The position numbers were made by a program, and so were the translations under genes. Under the pieces are notes generated by a model. It was not told where the DNA came from. It worked only from the letters and a program-made list of their open reading frames with translations, and made no database searches. Source: an uncultured archaeon (GTDB lineage Archaea; Asgardarchaeota; Lokiarchaeia; Sigyniarchaeales; SOKP01). From it: DNA of 15,424 bases. Shown piece by piece: positions 1-7,136 of this stretch. Location: contig CAZBPC010000080.1 in the NCBI GenBank assembly GCA_964493715.1, positions 1 to 15,424 on the forward strand, given 5' to 3'. Every line of letters starts with the position of its first letter. The stretch's first letter is position 1.

Positions 1-587
1 CCATCGGGAATCCAGATGTTATGAATTACAGTATCATTGAGCTGCTTGCCAATTTCCACGGAAATTTCACGGGATTTCCAAACATGCTCAATCCAGAAAT
101 TTCGAATTTCTCGAGATTTACTACTCAGCGTGAATCCAGAATCTGCCTTAGGATGAGAAAACAATGTTGAATTGAAATCTAATCCGACGCGCTCTCTTTT
201 GGCCCAATCTATCCAAGTTTGGAAGTGACTTACTTCAATTTTGTTTCGTTCGACGTATTTATCTCCAAAATCTCCATACATTGCATGTAAATTAACTCTA
301 TGACTTCCTGGAATTAAGGACATAACTTTAGTGAGATCTAATTGAAGTTCAGAGATTGAATTAGCTTTTCCAAAATAATTGCCCGTTGCCATGATTCCAC
401 CTGCACTTAATTTAGAATTTGAGTTTTCAAAACCTCCTACATCATCTCCTTGCCAACAGTGAATTGAAAGTGAGATCTTCTCTAAGTCCTTCAGCACTCG
501 ATCAGTATCTACACCAAGCTCTGAATATCTTTCTTTTGCAAGTTCATAAGTTTCAATAATTTTGTCCGGATTTATGGTTTGATTCAT
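1..587 (-). CDS. rhaA: L-rhamnose isomerase, N-terminal ~195 aa (3' end runs off the window)
   Basis: Absent from the ORF track. Manual minus-strand translation from ATG at 587 is open to base 1: MNQTINPDKIIETYELAKERYSELGVDTD...SIHCWQGDDVGGFE...GGIMATGNY...LIPGSHRVNLHAMY...WAK...GLDFNSTLFSHPKADSGFTLSS...FWIEH...NIWIPDG. HCWQGDD, NLHA, FSHP and IWIPDG are hallmark E. coli-type RhaA motifs. Confidence 0.95.
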   Translation of the reverse strand, partial: MNQTINPDKIIETYELAKERYSELGVDTDRVLKDLEKISLSIHCWQGDDVGGFENSNSKLSAGGIMATGNYFGKANSISELQLDLTKVMSLIPGSHRVNLHAMYGDFGDKYVERNKIEVSHFQTWIDWAKRERVGLDFNSTLFSHPKADSGFTLSSKSREIRNFWIEHVWKSREISVEIGKQLNDTVIHNIWIPD

Positions 588-606
588 AAATTTAATTTCT
601 CATATT

Positions 607-639
607 ATATATATTGTTAAAAATCGATATATATTGTTA
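607..639. promoter_or_regulatory. 13-bp direct repeat ATATATATTGTTA x2 (607-619, 627-639), candidate DeoR operator overlapping the rhaA promoter
   Basis: Exact repeat with 20-bp period, 20-52 nt upstream of the rhaA ATG in the rhaA/deoR divergent intergenic region. The operator function is inferred. Confidence 0.5.
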
Positions 640-752
640 TAATAGTATAATATCAATTTTTAAATTAATCTATTGTATTAACAGACCTTAATTTTTCAGC
701 TTTTTTTATTCAATGAATTATCAATAAAATTTTATTCAATTTGTTATATTTC

Positions 753-760
753 TTTATATA
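753..760 (+). promoter_or_regulatory. Candidate archaeal TATA box (TTTATATA) for the deoR gene
   Basis: Starts 36 nt before ATG 789. The same TTCTTTATATA string lies upstream of hutU. The AT-rich background lowers specificity. Confidence 0.45.
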
Positions 761-788
761 ACCATAAAAAATGTATCATTAATAAAAC

Positions 789-1559
789 ATGATAGCTGAA
801 AAGAGAAGAGCTCAGATAATTGATCTTGTCAATAAGCAAGGATCCGTTTCAATTGATGAATTACTCAATATATTTGATGTCTCTAGGATGACCCTTTGGA
901 GAGATTTGAAAGAACTTGAGATTAAGGGAGCTATAATAAGAGCTCACGGAGGAGCATTAAAAATTGACGAACTTGATGAACAAGAAGAGGAATTCAGCCT
1001 ACGTAGAAAAGACCATCTGAATGAAAAACGAAAAATAGCTCGTTTTGCAGCTAAAAACTATGTTAAGGATTCTGATATTATTTTTTTAGACGGAGGATCG
1101 ACAGTATTAGAAATGATTCCTCATCTAAAGCAATCTAATTTAACCATATTATCTAATGGTTTGAATACATTAGTATATGCTTCAAAATTCTTACCACATC
1201 TTAATGTTATTGGATGCGGTGGAATTCTCCGAAAACCCTCCTTTACATTCGTGGGACATGAAGCAGAAGAATTCTTTGCTCGTTATAAAGTTGATACAGC
1301 GTTTATCAGCGGAACTGGAGTTACTATCGAGGATGGTATAATGGATCCTCATCCCTTAGAAATGGAAGTAAAAAAGATCATGTGTAAAAATGCAAAAAAT
1401 ATCGTAGCTCTAATCGATTCAAGTAAGTTTGAAAAACGATCTCTTACAACTTGTATTAAAATCGAAGAAATAAAATACTTAATTACAGATATACATGCAT
1501 CTAAAAGCATTATTGATGCTATTAAGGCTAAAAATGTCGAAGTAAAGGTATTAAATTAA
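789..1559 (+). CDS. DeoR/GlpR-family transcriptional regulator, probable rhamnose-locus regulator
   Basis: N-terminal wHTH (RRAQIIDLV...FDVSRMTLWRDL...RAHGGA) and C-terminal sugar-phosphate sensor (EKRKIA, IFLDGGSTV, GGILR, DSSKF). 256 aa, divergent from rhaA. Confidence 0.93.
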   Translation: MIAEKRRAQIIDLVNKQGSVSIDELLNIFDVSRMTLWRDLKELEIKGAIIRAHGGALKIDELDEQEEEFSLRRKDHLNEKRKIARFAAKNYVKDSDIIFLDGGSTVLEMIPHLKQSNLTILSNGLNTLVYASKFLPHLNVIGCGGILRKPSFTFVGHEAEEFFARYKVDTAFISGTGVTIEDGIMDPHPLEMEVKKIMCKNAKNIVALIDSSKFEKRSLTTCIKIEEIKYLITDIHASKSIIDAIKAKNVEVKVLN

Positions 1560-1592
1560 TCGGATTCATCAATTTTTAAAATTTTAGAAAAA

Positions 1593-1610
1593 ATTAAAGC
1601 GAGCTTTAAT
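1593..1610. promoter_or_regulatory. Inverted repeat ATTAAAGC-GA-GCTTTAAT, candidate TF site upstream of the ADH gene
   Basis: Perfect 8-bp arms around a 2-nt spacer. The right arm overlaps TATA-like TTTAATAA (1605-1612). Confidence 0.4.
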
Positions 1611-1671
1611 AATTAGTTTAATTTAATAAAAATATAAGTATTTTGAAATTCTTAACTTTAAAAAAATTAAA

Positions 1672-1677
1672 AGGTGA
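1672..1677 (+). promoter_or_regulatory. Shine-Dalgarno-like AGGTGA
   Basis: 9-nt spacer to ATG 1687. GGTGA-type SDs are common in archaea. Confidence 0.55.
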
Positions 1678-1686
1678 TATAAAAAG

Positions 1687-2895
1687 ATGTGGTTTTTTTT
1701 CTCTCCTAACATTATTCACGGTCCAGATGCTTTAGACTTTTTTGAAAATATCTCTGGAGAAAAATGTTTTATTATAACTGATAAAAATTTAGTTAAATTG
1801 GGATATGTGAAAATATTAACTGATAAATTAGATTCTCTTGGAAAAAAATACGTAATCTTTGATGATGTACTACCAGATCCTAGAGAAGAGGGAGTTACTA
1901 AAGCAAGAGAGGAATGTTTAAAGTTTGAACCGGAAATCATCATCGCTTTAGGTGGAGGTTCAGTGATGGATACAGCGAAAACTACTTGGGCGCTCTATGA
2001 ATTTCCAGAACTAACACTCGATGATATACACGCATTTCGGTCAGATCTATACGAAATGGGAAAGAGAGCAAAATTAGTTGCCATTCCTACAACATCTGGG
2101 ACTGGGGCGGAAACTACCTATGTTACTGTAATATCGAGATATGAGCAAGAGATCTGGAAAAAATTTCTTTATCTACATAGAGGACTCATTCCAACTTTTG
2201 CAATTATTGATCCTATCTTTCCACAAGGTATGCCTCCAAGATTAACTGCAGATACTGGTTTTGATGCATTAGCTCATTCAATTGAAGGATTGGGCACATT
2301 ATGGCGAAATGAATGGAGTAATGCGCTGGCATTAAAAGCTATAGAATTAATATTTAAATATCTACCCATTGCATATAAGGATGGACAGAATAAAGAAGCT
2401 AGAGATCAAATGCATCAAGCTGCTACTATGGCAGGTTTAGCTTTTGGCAATGGAAATGTGCACATTGGGCATACCCTTGGTCATTCGTGGGGTGCACTTT
2501 ATCATACTCCCCACGGGCGTTCTGTAGGAATTGTCTTGAAATATGTAACTCAATTCATTCTTAATGGTCCTGAATCTGGTGATGTTATCAAGATTTATGC
2601 AAAATTAGCAAAACAATTGGGTTGGGTTGATTGGAATGAAAATGATAACGCTGCTGCTAAGAAAGTTATTGAAAAAATCGAAGAATTAGCTAAACAAGTT
2701 GATTTTACTTTGAATCTAAAAGATACTTTAAAAGGAACCAGTATTACCAAGGAAATATTTGAAAAAGATTTAGATACCTTATTAGATTTGTGTTATCAAG
2801 ACGCCAGCTCAGTACTTACACCTAGAGGACCTAGTCCAGATGAATTCAAGAAAATATTTCTTTATGCTTATGAAGGAAGAGATATAGATTTCTAA
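1687..2895 (+). CDS. Iron-containing (type III) alcohol dehydrogenase
   Basis: ALGGGSVMD nucleotide-binding loop, IPTTSGTGAE, AIIDP, and metal ligands in GFDALAH and GHTLGH...PHG. 402 aa. Confidence 0.93.
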   Translation: MWFFFSPNIIHGPDALDFFENISGEKCFIITDKNLVKLGYVKILTDKLDSLGKKYVIFDDVLPDPREEGVTKAREECLKFEPEIIIALGGGSVMDTAKTTWALYEFPELTLDDIHAFRSDLYEMGKRAKLVAIPTTSGTGAETTYVTVISRYEQEIWKKFLYLHRGLIPTFAIIDPIFPQGMPPRLTADTGFDALAHSIEGLGTLWRNEWSNALALKAIELIFKYLPIAYKDGQNKEARDQMHQAATMAGLAFGNGNVHIGHTLGHSWGALYHTPHGRSVGIVLKYVTQFILNGPESGDVIKIYAKLAKQLGWVDWNENDNAAAKKVIEKIEELAKQVDFTLNLKDTLKGTSITKEIFEKDLDTLLDLCYQDASSVLTPRGPSPDEFKKIFLYAYEGRDIDF

Positions 2896-2905
2896 ATTCA
2901 CAGCA

Positions 2906-2938
2906 TTTTCTATTTTTTTTATTTGTTTTATTTTTTTT
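2906..2938 (+). terminator. Oligo-T tract terminator candidate after the ADH gene
   Basis: T8 at 2913-2920 and T8 at 2931-2938 shortly after the stop at 2895, with no GC hairpin (archaeal style). Confidence 0.55.
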
Positions 2939-3057
2939 GAGAAATAATTTATTAAAATGTAAAACATAAATAGGTCCATTTTGATTATCTTTTTGAGTAC
3001 TAAAAATATATTTTACACACAATTTTTTAAAAAAAAAAAATAAAATTACCCAAAATC

Positions 3058-4788
3058 ATGTCGATTCCTCAAGATGAACGGAGATTTTTACAAGATCTTG
3101 AAAATTTGATAGGGGAACCCATACCAGAAGTTCCAGTAATTAATAGTCACACATTTGGTTATACCGTAAAAAATGATAGAATCAATGGAATTTCTTTGTT
3201 TTCTTGCCATTTAACCTCAATTCCAGAAAAGGTTAATGTATTTACATTTTTAGAAAAATTATTATTAAGAGGTAATAAAATAAAACTATTTCCAGAAAAT
3301 GCATGCTTCATAATGAATTTGAAAGTGCTTGATTTAAGTGAAAATAGTTTAATGAAAATACCAAAAACAATTCTTTCATGTTCTTCATTATTAGAATTAA
3401 ATCTAGGATCAAATCAAATTTCCGAAATACCGGAAGAAATTGAAATTTTACGTTCTTTAGAAATATTAAATTTAAGCCAAAACAAACTTACTACTTTGCC
3501 TAGTGCTATTGGGAATCTTAAAAATTTAAAATCATTAGATTTAAATGAAAATCTTATCGAGTCACTTCCCGATTCTATTGGATCTTTATCATCTTTAGAA
3601 TTATTATATATAATCAATAATAAATTAATAAAAATCCCTGAAACGATTGGCCATTTAAAATCTCTGAAACGTTTAAATTTACGAAATAATCAGCTTATTG
3701 ATCTTCCAAGTTCCATCGGTAATTTATCATCTCTAACTTCTCTTTTTTTAAAAAACAATAAAATCACCGATCTTCCAACCTCTATAGGAGAATTAGTGAA
3801 TTTAAACTATTTGGGATTATCTTCTAATTCGTTAGTAGAACTACCTGAATCAATTGGTAATCTAAAAAAATTAGAGAATCTCAGTGTTTCATCAAATTTC
3901 CTAATAAGTCTCCCTGATAGTATTAATTTACTTACATCATTAATACGATTAGAATTATCTAGTAATAAAATCAAAAAAATTCCAGATATCAGCAATTTAA
4001 ATTGTTTAAGAATCCTAAAATTAGAAATAAATAATTTAGACAGTTTACATGAGTCAGTTGGATCATTATCCCGCCTTGAAGTTTTAAAAGCTGACAGAAA
4101 TGAAATTGAAAATCTCCCCGAATCAATAGGAAATCTTTCATTGTTAAAAGAATTGGATTTGTATGATAATAAGCTAACCACCCTACCTTCTTCTACTGGT
4201 GGATTAACTTCTCTTGAAGTTTTAGATTTGAGTAAAAATCAGATAAACGAATTACCAAATCAAATAGGTTTGTTGAAATCTTTAACGGAATTAGATATTT
4301 CATCAAATAAATTAAATGAAATAACTCCAGAGATTGGCTCACTATATTTGTTGAAAAATCTGATTATTGGTTTCAATAAACTAAAAACTATACCCGAAAC
4401 AATTGGAGCTCTTAAAAATCTAGAAACACTAGATTTAGGGAAAAATTGTTTAATAGAAATACCCAGTTCAATTGGCTCATTAGAATCACTCATGTATCTA
4501 TATTTATATTACAATGAATTAACTGAAATCCCTGAAGAAATTGGAAAACTGAATTCGTTAAGTTATTTATATTTAGGAAATAATAAACTTAAGAATCTTC
4601 CTGAATCAATGGGTAATTTGAAGTATTTAGAATATCTATTTTTAAGAACTAATCTCCTGAGGACCTTACCAGAATCTATTGGAAATTTACCCGCCTTAAA
4701 ATATTTAAATATAGAACGTAACGAATTTGATGAAGTACCCGATTTTTTAAAGAAATTAGCACAAAGAAACGTGAAATTATTTATATAG
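3058..4788 (+). CDS. Leucine-rich repeat protein (~23 tandem 23-aa LRRs, no other domain, probably cytoplasmic)
   Basis: Consensus LxxLxLxxNxLxxLPxSIGxLxx from aa 42 to near the C-terminus, after a ~41-aa N-cap. No signal peptide, TM helix, GTPase, TIR or kinase domain is visible. Confidence 0.95.
   Translation: MSIPQDERRFLQDLENLIGEPIPEVPVINSHTFGYTVKNDRINGISLFSCHLTSIPEKVNVFTFLEKLLLRGNKIKLFPENACFIMNLKVLDLSENSLMKIPKTILSCSSLLELNLGSNQISEIPEEIEILRSLEILNLSQNKLTTLPSAIGNLKNLKSLDLNENLIESLPDSIGSLSSLELLYIINNKLIKIPETIGHLKSLKRLNLRNNQLIDLPSSIGNLSSLTSLFLKNNKITDLPTSIGELVNLNYLGLSSNSLVELPESIGNLKKLENLSVSSNFLISLPDSINLLTSLIRLELSSNKIKKIPDISNLNCLRILKLEINNLDSLHESVGSLSRLEVLKADRNEIENLPESIGNLSLLKELDLYDNKLTTLPSSTGGLTSLEVLDLSKNQINELPNQIGLLKSLTELDISSNKLNEITPEIGSLYLLKNLIIGFNKLKTIPETIGALKNLETLDLGKNCLIEIPSSIGSLESLMYLYLYYNELTEIPEEIGKLNSLSYLYLGNNKLKNLPESMGNLKYLEYLFLRTNLLRTLPESIGNLPALKYLNIERNEFDEVPDFLKKLAQRNVKLFI
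3181..4746 (+). repeat. 69-nt-period coding repeat array (LRR units, degenerate at DNA level)
   Basis: Units start every 69 nt from 3181. Unit 12 (3940-4005) is one residue short and unit 23 (from 4696) merges into the C-cap. Confidence 0.9.
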
Positions 4789-4894
4789 AACAAGATAGCT
4801 TCTTATTATTAATCTCTTTGTGACTAATAAAATGTTAAAAAGGAAATGATTCCTATAATTACATAATTAGATTTTTGAGGCGTTAGAAAGAATA

Positions 4895-6733
4895 ATGAAA
4901 GGTTTTACTGGAAATTTATTAGTTGTTGATCTAACTACCAAGTTAATTGAAGTGGAACCATTAGATACTGAAATCGTTAATAATTTTCTTGGTGGTGCAG
5001 GTTATTGTGTTAGATATTTATATCACCACATAAATAAAGATACCGATCCATTATCACCGGAGAATATTTTAATGTTCATGACTGGACCGTTTTGTGGTTC
5101 TAATGCTCCTACGAGTGGCAGATTTGTAGTATGTGCTAAATCTCCTCTCACGGGGATTTGGGGCGAATCAAACTGTGGGGGGTTTTTTGGACCAGAATTG
5201 AAAAAAGCGGGTTATGACGGTATAATTATTAAAGGAGCATCCCAAACCCCCGTATACTTAGAAATGACTGAAGATGGCACAAAAATCAAGGATGCAACAC
5301 CATTATGGGGTAAAGGCATTATAGAGACAGCAAGATCATTAAAAGATGGATTAGGATCTGAACTAGCGAGAGTAGCTTGTATAGGACCAGCGGGAGAAAA
5401 TTTGGTTCGTTATGCCATAATTGGTTCTGAAGATAAAGCTGCGGGGAGGACAGGAATGGGAGCAGTAATGGGCTCTAAAAAGCTGAAAGCAATCGTAATT
5501 AAAGCTAAAAAGAGATCATATGAACCTGCTAATCCCGAAGAATTCAAAGAATGTGTGAAATCTACAATTGAAAATATAAACTCATCATTTGCGACTCAAA
5601 TGTTTGGTATACTCGGTACCAGTGGTGGTGTTGACATGTATAATTCAACTGGAGAACTTCCAATTAAATATTGGACTCTCGGTACTTGGGAAGGGGCATT
5701 CAATTTGTCAGGATCGACAGCTTCAGAGAAAATTTTTACAGGGAGTTATCCATGTTTTGCTTGTCCTATAGGTTGTGCAAAGAAAACCGAAATCAAAGAG
5801 GGAGAATATAAAACAGCTGGAGAGATCGAAGCTGCTGAATATGAAACTGTTGCGGGATTTGGTTCCATGATATTAAATGATAATTTGGAATCGATCCAAG
5901 TTGCTAACTATTTATGTAATGATTATGGTATTGACACCATAAGTGGGAGTAGTACAATCGCTTTCATCTATTATCTATATAATTCTGGCAAAATTAAAAA
6001 GGAAGATATTGATAGTTTAGAACCAGAATGGGGGAGTATTCAACCTCTATTAGATATGATTAAGAAGATATCTATGAGAGATGGTATAGGGGATGTCTTA
6101 GCGAACGGTTCTGATGCTGTAGGGAAACATTTTAATATATCACAAGATGAAATTGCTACAGTATATGGAATGGAAATACCTTATCATGACTTAAGAAGGA
6201 TGTTTGGAATGGCTGCTGGTTATGCTCTCGGGACTCCAAGAGGACCTTGCCACACTTCATGTGATGCATATTTTCTCTTATTAGGCGTTCCATACGATGA
6301 ATTCGGCATAAAATCAGATGTAGATTGGTATCAAGATGATGCTGCCATGGCAGAGTATTGTGCGCGTATCCAAGATTATCGAGCTATTACAAGTTCCTTA
6401 ATCATGTGCATATTTGCTAATGCTCCTCCATCTATGGTTATATCTATGTTAAATGCTGCTACTGGACAATCATTTGATATTGATGAGTTTAAGATTTTGG
6501 GGGAAAGGATTTACATGATGAAACGATTGTTCAATTTAAAAATGGGCTTAACAGCACATGATGACAGATTACCAAAAATTATACTAAATCCTCTCAAGGA
6601 GGGTGGTTCCGCGGGTCAAACCCCTAATTTTAAACAACTTAAACAAGGTTATTATGACTATCGTACCTTTGATCTTGATTCAGGATATCCTAAAGCTGAA
6701 AAACTTTCCAAATTGGGATTAGATAAGTTATAA
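4895..6733 (+). CDS. aor: Aldehyde:ferredoxin oxidoreductase family (tungstopterin, 4Fe-4S)
   Basis: KSPLTG..GESNCGG, GYDGIII.G, CIGPAGEN, GRTGMGAVMGSKKLKA, CFACPIGC cluster motif, EYET, DYGIDTIS, RGPCH, distal Cys in IMCIF and DDRLP. 612 aa. Confidence 0.95.
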   Translation: MKGFTGNLLVVDLTTKLIEVEPLDTEIVNNFLGGAGYCVRYLYHHINKDTDPLSPENILMFMTGPFCGSNAPTSGRFVVCAKSPLTGIWGESNCGGFFGPELKKAGYDGIIIKGASQTPVYLEMTEDGTKIKDATPLWGKGIIETARSLKDGLGSELARVACIGPAGENLVRYAIIGSEDKAAGRTGMGAVMGSKKLKAIVIKAKKRSYEPANPEEFKECVKSTIENINSSFATQMFGILGTSGGVDMYNSTGELPIKYWTLGTWEGAFNLSGSTASEKIFTGSYPCFACPIGCAKKTEIKEGEYKTAGEIEAAEYETVAGFGSMILNDNLESIQVANYLCNDYGIDTISGSSTIAFIYYLYNSGKIKKEDIDSLEPEWGSIQPLLDMIKKISMRDGIGDVLANGSDAVGKHFNISQDEIATVYGMEIPYHDLRRMFGMAAGYALGTPRGPCHTSCDAYFLLLGVPYDEFGIKSDVDWYQDDAAMAEYCARIQDYRAITSSLIMCIFANAPPSMVISMLNAATGQSFDIDEFKILGERIYMMKRLFNLKMGLTAHDDRLPKIILNPLKEGGSAGQTPNFKQLKQGYYDYRTFDLDSGYPKAEKLSKLGLDKL

Positions 6734-6740
6734 TTCAAAA

Positions 6741-6759
6741 TTTTTTTCCATTTTTTTTT
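6741..6759 (+). terminator. Oligo-T terminator candidate after aor
   Basis: T7-CCA-T9 beginning 8 nt after the stop, in the convergent aor/ywbE gap. Confidence 0.6.
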
Positions 6760-6780
6760 CTCTGTTATTTAGTATTATTC

Positions 6781-6984
6781 CTATTGTTTAGCGTTGACTA
6801 TTTTTTTTACTCGCCCAATTTCACCGCTCTTTAATCTAACTTTAATTCCATGGTGGTGATTAGGAGAATTTGTAAGCACATCTTTTACTATGCCCTCGGT
6901 TAATTTACCAGATCGTTGGTCTTTCTTTAATTCGATTAAGACTAGCATACCCGATTTGATGTCTACTCGCTTTATTCCATTCAA
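6781..6984 (-). CDS. ywbE: YwbE family (DUF2196) small conserved protein, TTG start
   Basis: LKKDQRSGKLTEGIVKDVLTNSPNHHHGIKVRLKSGEIGRV fits the YwbE pattern (KxDQxxGxLTxGxVxDxLTxSxxHPHGIKVRL...GRV). Confidence 0.88.
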   Translation of the reverse strand: MNGIKRVDIKSGMLVLIELKKDQRSGKLTEGIVKDVLTNSPNHHHGIKVRLKSGEIGRVKKIVNAKQ

Positions 6985-7106
6985 CTTTTTTACCCAAATT
7001 ATTTGTAGATCTTTTTTAATACAAATATGAGTTCCTTCATTTTATCTTTTACCTTAATCTCCTTATAACTCATATTTTTCTTGGTCTTTTTTAATTTTTC
7101 AAATTC

Positions 7107-7114
7107 TTTATATA
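7107..7114 (+). promoter_or_regulatory. Candidate archaeal TATA box (TTTATATA) for hutUHI
   Basis: Starts 30 nt before ATG 7137, the spacing expected for a leaderless or very short-leader archaeal transcript. Confidence 0.5.
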
Positions 7115-7136
7115 TTTGTTGATGTTAGGTTAAAGT

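Noticed and set aside
1687-2895. Assigning the symbol fucO/rhaO to the Fe-ADH
   Set aside because: Only family-level motifs are visible. Substrate cannot be read from the sequence and adjacency to the rha locus is insufficient.
4489-4725. DGR variable region in the Tyr-rich LRR end (AAY-to-TAY-like codons)
   Set aside because: No reverse transcriptase and no near-identical template repeat differing only at adenines in the window. Only a genome-wide search could revive the idea.
3181-4746. CRISPR array or DNA tandem repeat explanation for the 69-nt periodicity
   Set aside because: The periodicity is at protein level with synonymous divergence. There is no identical repeat/spacer structure and no cas gene.
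1716-4793. Antisense ORFs 1716-1943, 3414-3617, 3807-4181, 4260-4493 and 4563-4793
   Set aside because: Shadows of the ADH and LRR genes. The repeated PIDSG-like motifs are just the reverse complement of PESIG codons.
6999-7073. 24-codon minus-strand ORF MSYKEIKVKDKMKELIFVLKKIYK upstream of ywbE
   Set aside because: Very short, no motif, no His codons suggesting attenuation, and expected by chance in AT-rich DNA.
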